Assembly (NCBI GenBank): GCA_043228905.1
Contig: JBHGNT010000012.1
Location: 992,001-1,056,000 of the forward strand
Length of the DNA stretch: 64,000 bases
Direction of reading: 5' to 3'
From: Azolla caroliniana
Taxonomy: Eukaryota > Plantae > Polypodiophyta
Below are positions 11,994-24,303 of this stretch, piece by piece. How positions within the stretch are numbered: position 1 is the stretch's first letter; each line of letters begins with the position of its first letter. Under the pieces are notes generated by a model. It did no database searches. It saw only the letters and a list, made by a program, of their open reading frames with translations, and was not told the origin of the DNA. A program made the position numbers and the translations under genes.

Positions 11994-13504
11994 TATTGGA
12001 ATATTTAATTTTTGCATACCTATAAAAATGACGATTATAACTTTATTTATACATAATACTCAACTAATCTCAAAACTTATGCTCATGTTAACTCCATTTA
12101 GTTTGCCAATTGCAAATTCCATAGAAAGGACATTACAATACCTTGCTTGGGGAATAAAAAACAAATCTCCTATATCCTTATGTATATATACGCACTAATC
12201 TCAGAACTTTTGCTTGTGTTAACTTGATTTAGTTTGCTAACTGCAATTACATAGAAGGACATTATAATACCTTGGGGGATAAAAACAATTTGTTCTGACG
12301 AAAGTCTAGGAATCATGTCTCTCTGCCAATGCAACTAGAGATCCCAACTACTAGGAAACTTGTTGCACCAGATACAAGAATAGGAGCCCAACACATATTT
12401 GCTATTGCAAGAGAGCCTTTCACATTATCTACTCCGATGCATTTGGAATGACAAGTCATTGGTATTTCGTCAAACATTACGTGGTGTAGTGGTTATCCTT
12501 TGCATTACATACCTTGTTTATATATATATATATATCTTTTTTAGCTGACAAGCAGACATCTTTAGGCTTGTGTTTTTTATCGAGTCATGGAAGCAATTGC
12601 TTCTTCAATCGGAAAAAGGCAGAAATCTTCATAAACCATGATTATTCTTTTTGGGATTGCCAAGCTCAGAGTTTTTTTTTCCAAGGTTCAGTGACAATGA
12701 AACAAACATTTTAACGTCTACCCTTTGTACTTCTTATTGTACCCTTGCCCTAGCCTTCAACCTTCTATATATTTCTTGTTTGACTTGTTTCCCCATGTGC
12801 ACTTCTCACATCATGAAACACTTGTATTAATATGAGTAAGCGCCAACTACCCTCTTAATTAGTGAGGTAAATTGAGAGAGTGGTGCAACTAATGTATGGG
12901 TTAACAACTTGTTGCATAGTAGGGACCTTACTTAGAGTTCTAAGCTTAGATCTCCATATATTTGTGTCCTTTTGTTTGTCGTACTTTTTCCACTTTTAGT
13001 GAACCACTAAACCAAGTATTAACATTACCGATGTTGATCAAACTCCAAACGTTAAAAAGGGATATCTCCTATGTAACGTTATAGTTTATCCATGTCATGT
13101 TCATCATGAGACATTAAATCATATCATGCGAAAATGTAGGAGACATCTATATGCCAAACTTTTCGTGAACAAAGTATTGATCTACCAATACAATTCACAT
13201 TATCTTAATACAAATATAAACATTCACTAGGACTTTAGTATAGAAGAAACACATATTATTTGTAAACTTGACATCGCAATTAATGAACATGATCATTCAT
13301 GAACGTACAAGTAACACTTCACAACTACTATGTAACATAAACAATAGCTTGGTGCATCAAATTTGAAGGGAGTTGTTATTACATATGAAATCATATCTTT
13401 ATTAATGAACAAAAACAACTTTATTTCACTCTGTGTGATTGTTTATGAATCACGCATTGTTTTATGGAACATTATTAGAAATGGAATTGGAAAAGTGGTT
13501 TAAT

Positions 13505-13756
13505 TTAATCGTCATCTTCTGATGGAGTTGGAGCAGGAGGAATTGGTGTTGAGGGAGGAGTCAGAGCAGGAATAGTTAGCGCAAGAGGTGGAGTAGGAAT
13601 TGGAGAAATAGTTGGAGTTGGATATACTGATGGACAAGGTTGGGGCTCAGGCTCAGGTTCATCCGCATAGGTTTTTGATGGCCCATGAAGGACTAACATT
13701 GTGACAAAAAGGAAAATGCACAAAAATCGGAATCGTTGCAACTCCATCTTCCCCAT
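13505..13756 (-). CDS. Small secreted proline-rich protein (HRGP/AG-peptide-like), copy 1, 83 aa
   Basis: ATG start, hydrophobic signal peptide (FLCIFLFVTMLVL...TYA), then a Pro/Thr/Ser-rich body with acidic ends. TATAAAG lies ~100 bp upstream and AATAAA downstream. ORF intact in all three units. Confidence 0.8.
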   Translation of the reverse strand: MGKMELQRFRFLCIFLFVTMLVLHGPSKTYADEPEPEPQPCPSVYPTPTISPIPTPPLALTIPALTPPSTPIPPAPTPSEDDD

Positions 13757-15360
13757 GATAATACAAGTTATATATTGGATAACACTTAAATTGTGTATGG
13801 AGTATGTAATTAAGTTTGCTTTTCGTTGCTACAAAAGCTTTCCCCCCCCCATCTTTATAGTGCCACAACACCTTGATGTATCATCAATACCAATGAAAAA
13901 ATTCATAAATGATTAGTGATAATAACAACCATGGAAATTGGAATCTTACAATGAAAATAAGCAATAATTGTTTTCCCTTCCCTCGGGATTTCTAGGATAT
14001 TCTAACTCTTCATTTTCAAGCATTTAATTCATTAAATTGATTTTGATGAGGTGCTTCGTTATACAATCTCTTTCTGTTTTTCAATGAATGAAAACTTTGA
14101 TATTAGAAAAACATATATTACAATACAAGACATGATATTTACATTTCAAGAGCTCCATGGACAATTTTGATTGAAAATGGCAAAGACACAATCCATGATA
14201 TGCTTAGGTAAAATTGCTCGAAAATGATGGTCGGCAAAAGTTTTCATTTAAAGATTATCGATAACAGTTAGTATGGAATGTTAGTGGATATTGAATAGTG
14301 ATTATTTTGCGTGCATGCCTTAATGTTTCAAATAATTTTCAACATCTTCAATTTCAAGCAATTGCTTTATTGAAATGATTTGGATGGTGTATACATTTGT
14401 TTCATAAAAAGCATAGATATACAAACATACATCAACATGCATACGCATACATATACATAAGTTTCTAGACATTCATGTAAGCACATGATACATGGTTAAT
14501 CAATCATAAACATTAAAACACAGAGGCTTAATCAATTGTACATATTCATACAATTGCAAAATTGAGGTAGGTGCATTGTTTATCACATTCTATCTTTACA
14601 TGAATTCTTACTTTTTGTGTGTTCTATGTAATAGGTCTTGATGTCCCAATGGCATCTGATTGACACACAAAGTCGAGGGAAGTGAAAGTTTGTATTTTAA
14701 GGTATATTTTAGTGTAATTCAATGGTCCATAACTTCCCTTGATTTTAGTGGCGAGGAAATACAAAAGGCGTGTCAAATGTCGTAACCAACCGATGGTTGG
14801 CACGCCCTTAGATTGGGTAAATGTGGGATTGATGGATAAGATGCCATCTTCTACACGATCATGTACTGGTTCTTAGGATTGAATGTAATCTCAATGAGAA
14901 CTTTGCTGAGATTCATCTAAGAAGTGGGCTTGTGTTCAAAACGAGGTTAGATGAATTTGTGAAGTCGTACTTCCCTCAAATGGAGACCCAATATTTGTCA
15001 AAATCTCTTACCCTAGGTTTATTGTTCTTATCTACACTATAGAACTTACACACCCAAAATTTGAAACCTAATTTACACTAGAGAATTTACACACCCAATT
15101 GTTTCTTAATATTTCTAGGATGGCAAAATCTATCACAAAAAATTATGTACTCATGGTTCGATCTAACTGTCCGGAATTAGATTGAACTCCTCCTATCCTT
15201 GTTCTTCACCCTTGTATATATTGACTTCTTGTTTAGCACCTTTACTCTTCTTGCACCTTATTGTAACATATGTCTCTCTCAACATGATGGGGCGTGAGGA
15301 TGACTCTTGTATGAAGAAACGTTGCTCGCTCGCTCTCGCTCTCTCTCTCTCTCTCTCTTT

Positions 15361-15567
15361 ATCGTAATTACCTTACCCTAGTGGTAAGTTGTTAGCACTA
15401 TAAGCACTGCGTTGTGGGTTCGAAACCCAACTTCCTCACCTCTCTATTATATACTTCTTATATATCTCATAATTCACTAGATGCCATTGTGGAATGTAGG
15501 GGTTGAACCCATGACCACCTGGTCTCCATTGGGCAACCTTACCAACTGAGCTACATCCATCTGGGCT
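15361..15567 (-). mobile_element. Complete copy of the double-tRNA-headed SINE-like repeat, followed by a partial copy (~15589-15683)
   Basis: Minus-strand A box (15542-15553) and B box (15499-15509). Plus-strand A-like TACCCTAGTGG (15374-15384) and B box GGTTCGAAACC (15417-15427). Embedded in (CT)n. Confidence 0.82.
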
Positions 15568-16352
15568 GCTCTCTCTTTCTCTTTGTTTTAATTACCTTAC
15601 CCTAGTGGTAAGTTGTTAGCACTATAAGCATTGCGTTGTGGGTTCGAAACCCAACTTCCTCACCTCTCTATTATATACTTCTTATACACGCTATAGGACA
15701 TTTAATGAACCTATGTGTACTATCCTCCAATGGAACGATGCAAAAGAAACAAGTACCAGACCCTAGTTCTCGTCTCTTTAAGGCCGAACCTAATGGGAGC
15801 CCACCAATCACGACTCTCCATATGAATACCTTTGCACGAAATGGTAGATGGGAATGCCAACCACATTATAATATTTTCCACCACCTTGCATCTAACCTAT
15901 ATACATTCCACAACTTACCACGATTCAAAAAGAGATAACGCATCTTACCACGATCTTATCAAATGTTGTCCACATACAAAATGTCGAATCTTTAGAGGAA
16001 TACTTCCATTCAGTAGTGACCTCCATGATGCTTGAATCTTTGTTTTCCCATGCACCAATCCTTTATGCTCAATAAAATATTGCATCATAGATATCCATGG
16101 TTGATCTTGTTGACATATATCTCATAATAATGTAAATCTACGAGCCATCAAATGCCTTTCCAAATCCAATATTACTGCACCACCTAACCTTTTAGGAGTA
16201 GCCAAATGGTCCCATGAAATCCATGTAACTCCCATCATTTCTCCCTTCCGCCACAACATGAACCGAATAGGTTGCAACATGCTTTGTAATGCCTTCTTAG
16301 TCCAAGGAAGTAAAGGCAAAAAATATAATAACATGGGTATCAAGATACATTG

Positions 16353-16792
16353 TGTCAAGAACAATACTAAGACAAAGAAGGAATTAGTACTAAAAGAAGT
16401 ATTAGTACTAAGAGAGGTGAAGAACTCTCGAGAGAAGGAAAGAGTGAGTGAGAGGGAGAGAGAGAGAGAGATAGATAGAGAGAGAGAGAGAGAGTGATGA
16501 TAAGAAAAGATATATATTATGTGAAGAGAATGTACAGTAGTATCTAGGAGGCTTAAGACTGGCGTTGAACCGATTTGGTTCGAAATAATGCCTGTGCCCC
16601 CTTTTATAGTGTTCTGAGGAATACTCCAGAAGTTTCCAGAATGTTCCAGAGAAATTTGGAATATACATCAATTTTCTATAATAAAATATAAATGAAAATA
16701 ATATTTTACGTGTTACAAGGTGTGGTCTAATGGTTAAGAGCTCGACCCATGAAGCATAAGGTCATGGGTTTGAGTCTTGCCATATCATGACA
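16353..16792 (-). repeat. Gypsy 3' LTR (440 bp)
   Basis: TGTCAAGA...TCATGACA, adjacent to the PPT (CTATCCCCCCTTT on + strand). Confidence 0.93.
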
Positions 16793-19700
16793 CTATCCCC
16801 CCTTTAAAACGACGAGTGTCACGAGTCGTTTTGGATTGATGGATATTGATGATGGAAGTCTTCAAGAAGAGCACGAGCATTGGTCACATTCTCTATCGAT
16901 TCCCAAGTACACTCGCTGGGACTATATCCTAGCCAATCGACTAGATAGTAGAGCTTGTTACGAACAATCTTGGAATCAAGGATGGCGGCAACCTCATACT
17001 CAGGTCCATCTTCAAGCTCGATCGGGGGTGGAGGCTGTGTAATACGTCTTGGGATGGTGTTCTCTTGATAGGGTTCGAGGAGAGAACTATGAAACACCGG
17101 ATGTATCCGAAGTTGTAGAGGTAGATCGAGACGAAAAGCGACATCATTAATCTTTCCTATAATACAGAAAGGACCTAATCGCCGATAATCCAACTTCTCG
17201 CATGGGCGAGTAGTCTTGATGTGTCGTTGTAGTAGCCATACTTGATCTCCAATGTTAAAATTGGATGGAAGTCGATGATGGTCCGCATAAACCTTGTGTG
17301 TTTGTTGAGCTTGTTGGAGATGAGTAGATAAATTGGCTTGTATCTTGCGTAACCGCTCTAAACGATCCTCTGCGCAAGGATTTGTGGACAACTCTGGTGT
17401 TTCAAATACACACCACCAGGTGTGAGAACCCGTATAAGCATAAACTGTCGTAACTTTAGTCGATGTGTGGATAGAGTTATTGTAGGAAAATTCGGCGAAG
17501 TGGAGAATATCTACCCAGTCATCCTGATGATAGCTTAGAAAGCACCAAAGATACTGCTCTAGTGTTTGATTTGTTCGTTCTGCTTGGCCATCCGTTTGTG
17601 GGTGGTAGCCGGAGGAGATGTTACACGTGACCTTGAGCATTTTAAAAAGGTGCTTCTAGAATTTCGATACGAACTGGGGTCCACGGTCGCTGATGATACT
17701 ATTGGGAAGGCCATGATGCCGACATACTTCACACATGACAATTTCAACGGTTTCTTCACTGGATATTTCCTTAGTACATGGCAAGAAATGAGCCATCTTC
17801 GTATATTGAACTACGACTGTTAGAATCGCATTGAACCCCTTAGAGACTGGAAGATCTGTGATGAAGTCTAGAGCAATTGATTGCCACGGCTTGCTTGGAA
17901 TTGGTAATGGTTCTAATAAACCATATGGATGATGCCTTGGCATTTTCTCTTTGCAGCATGTATCACAAGTCCGAACAAAATCTTCGACAAATTGTTGCAT
18001 ATGGGGCCACCAAAATGATCGTTGTACTAAATCTAATGTTTTAGTACTACCAAAATGCCCAACTGTATATGTGTCATGATAGTTTTGGACTACTCGAAGG
18101 CGGCAAGAACCATTAGGAACATACAAGAGTTCATTAAAGAATAGTAATCCATCATGGTATTTGAATTGCCGATAGTCCGTACCTGGTGGTTGTGACTATG
18201 AACAAGATGCTCGCGAGGGATCAATTTGTGCTAGAATGGCTTGGGCGAAAGCATCGGTCTTCAAGTCCTCACGTATAGTATCGATAACGTGGGAATCCAT
18301 TGGCATGCCAAAGACCTGTGTTGCTTGCAGTCGTGTCGGTCCCAAGATTACTTGCTTTTGGTTATCAAAAGTTGGCTCGCCGGGACGCGGTGCTAGGTAC
18401 GAACACCGTGATAATGCATCTGCCTTCCCTTGGTGCTTCCCTGGACGATATGTAATTTTGAAGTCGAAACGCGTGAGGAAGTGGGCCTACCGAGCTTGAC
18501 GTCGATTTAACACACAAGCGTCCTGAAAGTAGACAAGGTTTTTGTGGTCACTGAATACGGTGACTTGATGAGAGGATCCCTCTAGAAAATGCCTCCATTG
18601 CGTAAAAGAGTCCACAATTGCCAATAGCTCCTTATCATGAATTTCGTAGTTGATTTCGGATGCGTCAAACTTGCGTGAGTGAAAAGCCATAGGATGTAGC
18701 TTCTCATCATTACCCCGTTGTGACAAAATGCTCCCCAATGCGAAATCCGATGCGTCTGCTTCGATAATGAATGGTTTTTCCGGATTGACATGAGCTAGAA
18801 TTGGAGCCGATGTAAATGCCTTTTTAAGACTCTCGAAAGCCATGTCCGCTTCTTTAGACCAAACGAACGATTGTCCCTTCCTGGTAAGCTGTGTGAGAGG
18901 CAGAACGAGCTTTGAGTAATCATGTATGAACTTCCGGTAAAAATTGGCAAAGCCTAAAAAGCATTGCACATCTCGCACCGAACGTGGAGTCTACCACTCT
19001 ACCACTTTTTTGACCTTCGCTGGGTCCATGGAGATGCCTTCTGAGGAAATGACATAGCCCAGAAATTCCACCTGGTTGCACCCAAAACTACATTTTTCCA
19101 GCTTTGCATAAAGACCATGTTCTCGAAGTTGTTTTAGTACTAACAGTACATGAGAATCATGCTCTTCTTGGGTCTTCGAATAAACCAATAGATCATCCAA
19201 ATAGATGATCAAACAAACATCCAAGAGATCTCGGAATATATCATTTGCCATGTGCTGGAAGACTGCTGACGCATTAGTGAGGCTGAACGGCATGATTGTA
19301 TACTCGAAGTGCCCATATCTGGTGCGAAACACGGTCTTCCATTCATCTCCTGGTCGGATCCGTACGAGGTTATAGGCTCCCCGTAAGTCAATCTTCGTGA
19401 AGAACCTGGCACCATTGATCCGTTCTAAAAGACTTGAGATAAGGGGAAGTGCATACCTATTTCTGATTGTCACCTTATTCAAGCCACGGTAATCTACAAC
19501 GAGACGAAGTGATCCATCCTTTTTCTTGACGAAGAAAATGGGTGCGCCGGCTGGAGATTTCGAATGCCGAATGAAACCATTTTCCAAATTCTCCTCTATA
19601 TAGGCTCACAGGACTTCTAGCTCGGTTGGTGACAAATTGTAGATCGGTCCCCATGGTGGCTCTTTCCCCGGTTGTAAATCGATGGGGCAATCATACGGTC

Positions 19701-21589
19701 GATGGTGAGGAAGCGTATTGGCTTGTACTTTATCGAACACATCGGCATAATGATGATACTTCTTTGGAAGTTGAACGGTGGACTCCTCTTTAATGGTGTC
19801 TGAGGCCTTTACTGATATTGGAAGAGAAACATTTCTTCCTTGTGTCCTTCTTCTCGCAACTGATGTAGCGAAATGGTTGCAATCTCATGAGTAGACCCTC
19901 AGACTTTTCGATACCAGATTTCTCTTGTTCTCCAATCTATGTCTGGGTTATGTAATTCGAGCCATGGTAATCCTAAAACAATGGGGTGTTTTGGGATGCT
20001 AATTATATTAAATGATACTACACATGCTAGATTATCTAGGACAATATTAATGGGCTCTGACTCTTCTATGATATTTCCGGAAGCAATGGGACGACCATCA
20101 ATGACTACTACAGAGGTTGGACACGGGAGTTTTCTTATTGATATTTGATGAGCTTGGGCAAAGTTCCTATCCATGAAACAAGAATTAGCTCCGGAATCTA
20201 GAAGTGCTAAGACATGTACTGGAGGGGTACTTTTAGTACTAACTATTACTTGGGCTACGAACACATTGCTAACTTGCTTAGAGGGAATGGAACCACTAAT
20301 GGGATGCACAGATCTAGGGCTATCCAACCAAACGACTCTTATTTTGGCTGGACTTAGTCGTTTAACTCTTCTTCTAAATGACTAAGGACATCAAATTTGT
20401 TCGCTAGATTTGGGCTATTAGTACTATTAGGACTATCAGATATCCCTACTGAAATAGACTCGGGTTTAGTACAATCAGAACTAGCAACTATTTGGTTTAC
20501 CTGCCTTCTTGGCCTATGGGGACAGTTTACCGCGATATGCCTTGGTCCACCGCAATAAAGACATAATCAGTTTGCTTGGCATCGTTGCTTTTCTTCTTTC
20601 GATAGCGGTCCACGACAACGTGTGGTGTCAATTTCCATCGGAGTTGGAGTACTTACTGGAGGCGCATTATATGACTCCCTCGAAAAAGGTTTCGCTACCA
20701 CTGAGGCGTAGGTAGGCTCTGGTCTTGCCCTCAGAATCTAGAATTGTCGTTCCGAACGTCATTCGAAGAGGCGGTTGTCACATCTCACCACGCGATTGAT
20801 TGCTTCTGTTAATGACTTTGGCTCTTCGGGGAAGGTCAAGAGTAAATCCTTGACATGGTTGCATAAACCATAACGAAATTGCTCCATCAAGGCGTGATCA
20901 TCCCACGGGATATCGGCAACGAGTAGGTGGAAATCTGTAGCGTATGCGGAGGCTGGACGGTCACCTTGGCATAATCGCCAGATTTTGTTGATTGCAGTGC
21001 TTATGCTGTCAGTATCTCCAAAACAGGCCTTAAACTCACTTATAAATTCTTCAAAACTGTTTAGTAATGGAGATTCCTTTTCCAACAATGGAGCAAACCA
21101 TGCTAACGTTGAGCCACTAAGGAGAGTGCCTACTAGTCCCACTCGTGATGCATCGGTGGGATATCGAGAAGGATGCCTTTGTATCACTAAACGTACCTGA
21201 TTCAAAAACCCTCTAAACTATGATCGGGTCCCATCAAATTTTGTAAGAAGACTGATCTTGGGTTCTTTGTGAATCCCTTGAGTGCTTGATCCTTGTTGTT
21301 GTCATGATACGATAGTCGCTTAGAGTTGTTGTACACATTACGTCAGCTCCCCATGTTGTTGTTGTTTTTCCAGCGCTATTTGTTGAAGATCCCCCAACAA
21401 ACGATGATTTTCTTGTTCTAGTGCTACAAATTTCTCTTTTAAGCACTGGAGCTCCGAGAAAACAGATTGGTATTCCTGAGCGCTAATAGTTTCCATTTTA
21501 CTAGGGAAGATAAGAGGATTAATAAGAAGATAAAAGGAAGAGGAGGAAAGGAAGATACGGAAGAAAGAACGAGGAAAATCGGTTCAAAC

Positions 21590-22028
21590 TGTCAGGAACA
21601 GTACTAAGACAGAGAAGGAATTAGTACTAAAAGAAGTATTAGTACTAAGAGAGGTGAAGAACTCTCGAGAGAAGGAAAGAGTGAGTGAGAGGGAGGGAGG
21701 GAGGGAGGGTGGGAGAGAGAGAGAGTGAGTGATGATAAGAAAATATATATATTATGTGAAGAGAATGTACAATAGTAGCTATGAGGCTTAAGACTGGCAT
21801 TGAACCGATTTGGTTCGAAATAATGCCTTGTGCCTCCTTTTATAGTGCTCTGAGGAATACTCCTGAAGTTTCTATAATGTTCCAGAGAAATCTGGAATAT
21901 ACATCAATTTTCTATGATAAAACATAAATGAAAATAATATTTTTTGTATTACAAGGTACGATCTAATGGTCAAGAGCTTGACCTATGTAGCATAAGGTCA
22001 TGGGTTCGAGTCTTGCCATATCATGACA
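21590..22028 (-). repeat. Gypsy 5' LTR (439 bp), with TATA box starting at 21844 on the minus strand
   Basis: TGTCAGGA...TCATGACA. About 28 differences from the 3' LTR outside the GA tract by manual count. Confidence 0.93.
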
Positions 22029-23818
22029 CATTGCACCACTTTGAGTCGTACATGAAAGGGCCATAATTGAGACTTCCAATTTACTACCAATCCAATCAAT
22101 CAATTGAACATTTGTAACATCAATGCCCAATGGATAACCCAAATGTCGATAAATTGAACCTCATGTAATCACTAACCCTTGCCATCCCAAACATTCCAAA
22201 TCACTCTCCGTATAAGAAATAAGGCGAGACTTCCTCCAATTTATATACAACCCTGAAGCCAAAGCAAATTGATCCCAAACTTGCATACTCCTTTTAAGAT
22301 TTTCTTTTGAGGCTTGTAAAAACATAAAAGAATCATCTGCCAATGCTTGTGCCACCAATTCTCCACCAGAAGGAAGATGCAAACCCACAATATCACCACT
22401 GGCCGCAAGATTTGACAACATTACTAACAAAGGATGTGTAACAATAGCAAATAACAATGGGTTTAGTGGACATCCTTGCCGCGCGGATCTAGTAAGAAAC
22501 ACTTTTGGAGTGACTCCACCATTAAGCATCACACGAGAGGTTGCATTTTGTCCTAGCAAAAAGATAAGTCGACACATATGAGGACCAAACCCCATGTTAT
22601 ACATCACACCTGAGAGGAAAGACCAATTAACATGATCATATGCTTTTTCCAAATCTAATTGCACCATAACCATTTCTTGATGTGTATGTCGAGCATAATC
22701 GGTCACCATTTGAACATTCAAAACAATATGCAATATATTTCTACATGTAATAAAACCATATTGAGATAGATGAATAAGTTGACGTAAGAACTTAAGTCTG
22801 TTGGATAATATATTTGCAAACACTTTGTACAACACTCCCATCAATGAAATAGGCCTCCATTGATGAAATGACTCCGGAGATGGTACCTTTGGTATCAATT
22901 TGATTAAGCCCACCTTCCAGCTCTCAAGCATGAAACCAGAATCCCAACATTGTTAAAACATTTGTGTGAATGGACTCTTAAGCATGCATGCATACTTCTT
23001 AAAAACTTCATTTGTAACACCATCCTAGTCAAGGCTTTTACCATTTGGAAGGTGTAACAATACCTTTTCCATCTCAACTTCTTCAAAATCAACATCCAAT
23101 TCTTGACAAATATTTGTATTCACGGCACTCCCAATTACATTATAAAACTCTTATCGTGCTTTCAAGACATCCTCATTAATAATCAACTTTGGCCCAATCA
23201 AATTCTTAAAATGAGTAATACATAACTCAATAACCTTGATTGGGTTTACAACAATGTCATCCCCTATCTTAATTTGTACCACATTTGAACGAGCATATGG
23301 TGGTCTTAATCCTTGAAAAAACATATGAGATTGTGATTGATTATATATAAATCCCTCCTTTAATTGACGCAATCTTGACTCTTGTCTGTTGATAACTTTG
23401 ACGAGACAAATTCTTCACAATGTCATGTACTTGAACTTGAACATCCAAAAGCTCTTCATCATGTGGATTATTCATCAATAGTACATTGCACCGTGTAAGA
23501 ATATATGAACACTTATCAATCAATTTCTTATGTCTTTTAGCATTAGTTGTACCATACATACGATGAATATCATTCATGTTTTGTAGTGTTGTTGTATCCC
23601 ACACATGCCATCATTTTGAAATAACTTGTTCTGAAAACATGCCAAAATTTTGTTGCATATAGGCATCTAATAAAGAATGTAATAATAAAGAAGAATTAAA
23701 CCTCAAAGGAAGTCGTTGAAGCAATGTTTTGTACATATCTACTCCATGTTTATTAAACTCAAAACATATGGGAAAATGATTGGATGTCACAACCTCTTGC
23801 ATAATTGACATATTAAGC

Positions 23819-23888
<70 letters not shown>

Positions 23889-23889
23889 C

Positions 23890-24086
23890 TCGTCATTAGC
23901 TTACCCTAGAGGTTAGTTGTTAACACTACAAGCACTACGTCTTGGGTTCAAAGAAAAAACCGAAATTTCTCATTTCTTTCTATTATATACTTCATGTATA
24001 TCTCTTAATTTATTAGATGCCACTGTGGAATGTAGGGATGAACCCATGACCACCTGGTCTCCGTTGGGCAAACTTACCAACTGAGC
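23890..24086 (-). mobile_element. Double-tRNA-headed SINE-like repeat copy
   Basis: Homologous to 15361-15567 along its length and flanked by (CT)n on both sides. Confidence 0.78.
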
Positions 24087-24121
24087 TCTCTCTCTCTCTC
24101 TCTCTCTCTCTCAACACATTC

Positions 24122-24303
24122 TGTTAAGATCTTTAGTCTAATATCTCCCAATTGAACTATCCCTTGTAGTGAGCGTGGATTGAACACATGATGTTAAGAT
24201 CTTTAGTCTGATATCTCCCAATTAAACTATCCTTGTAGTGATCGTGGATTGAACACATGATGTTAAGATCTTTAGTCTGATATATCCCAATTAAACTATC
24301 CCT
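24122..24303. repeat. ~70-bp tandem repeat, ~2.6 copies, specific to unit 1
   Basis: TGTTAAGATCTTTAGTCT at 24122, 24192 and 24261; single copy in units 2 and 3. Confidence 0.85.

Larger units (their letters stand above)
16353..22028 (-). mobile_element. Full-length Ty3/gypsy chromovirus (Tcn1/Tf1-sushi-like), inactivated by stops and frameshifts
   Basis: TG...CA LTRs (16353-16792, 21590-22028). 5-bp TSD CATTG (16348-16352 / 22029-22033); empty site in the unit-2 LINE. PPT next to the 3' LTR. Domains gag, PR (LDSGA), RT (YLDD), RNase H (EADASD), IN, then a chromodomain (YEVAAILDSK...YLVDWLGY...TWE). Confidence 0.96.
15684..23820 (-). mobile_element. Degenerate, truncated L1-type LINE ORF2 in unit 1, interrupted by the gypsy element
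   Basis: RT motifs WKVGLIKLIPK, WRPISL, LDLEKAYDHV, RQGCPL, LADDS. Endonuclease end TSNHFPI. PKRLGG motif. Near-identical to 37010-39880. Confidence 0.9.
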
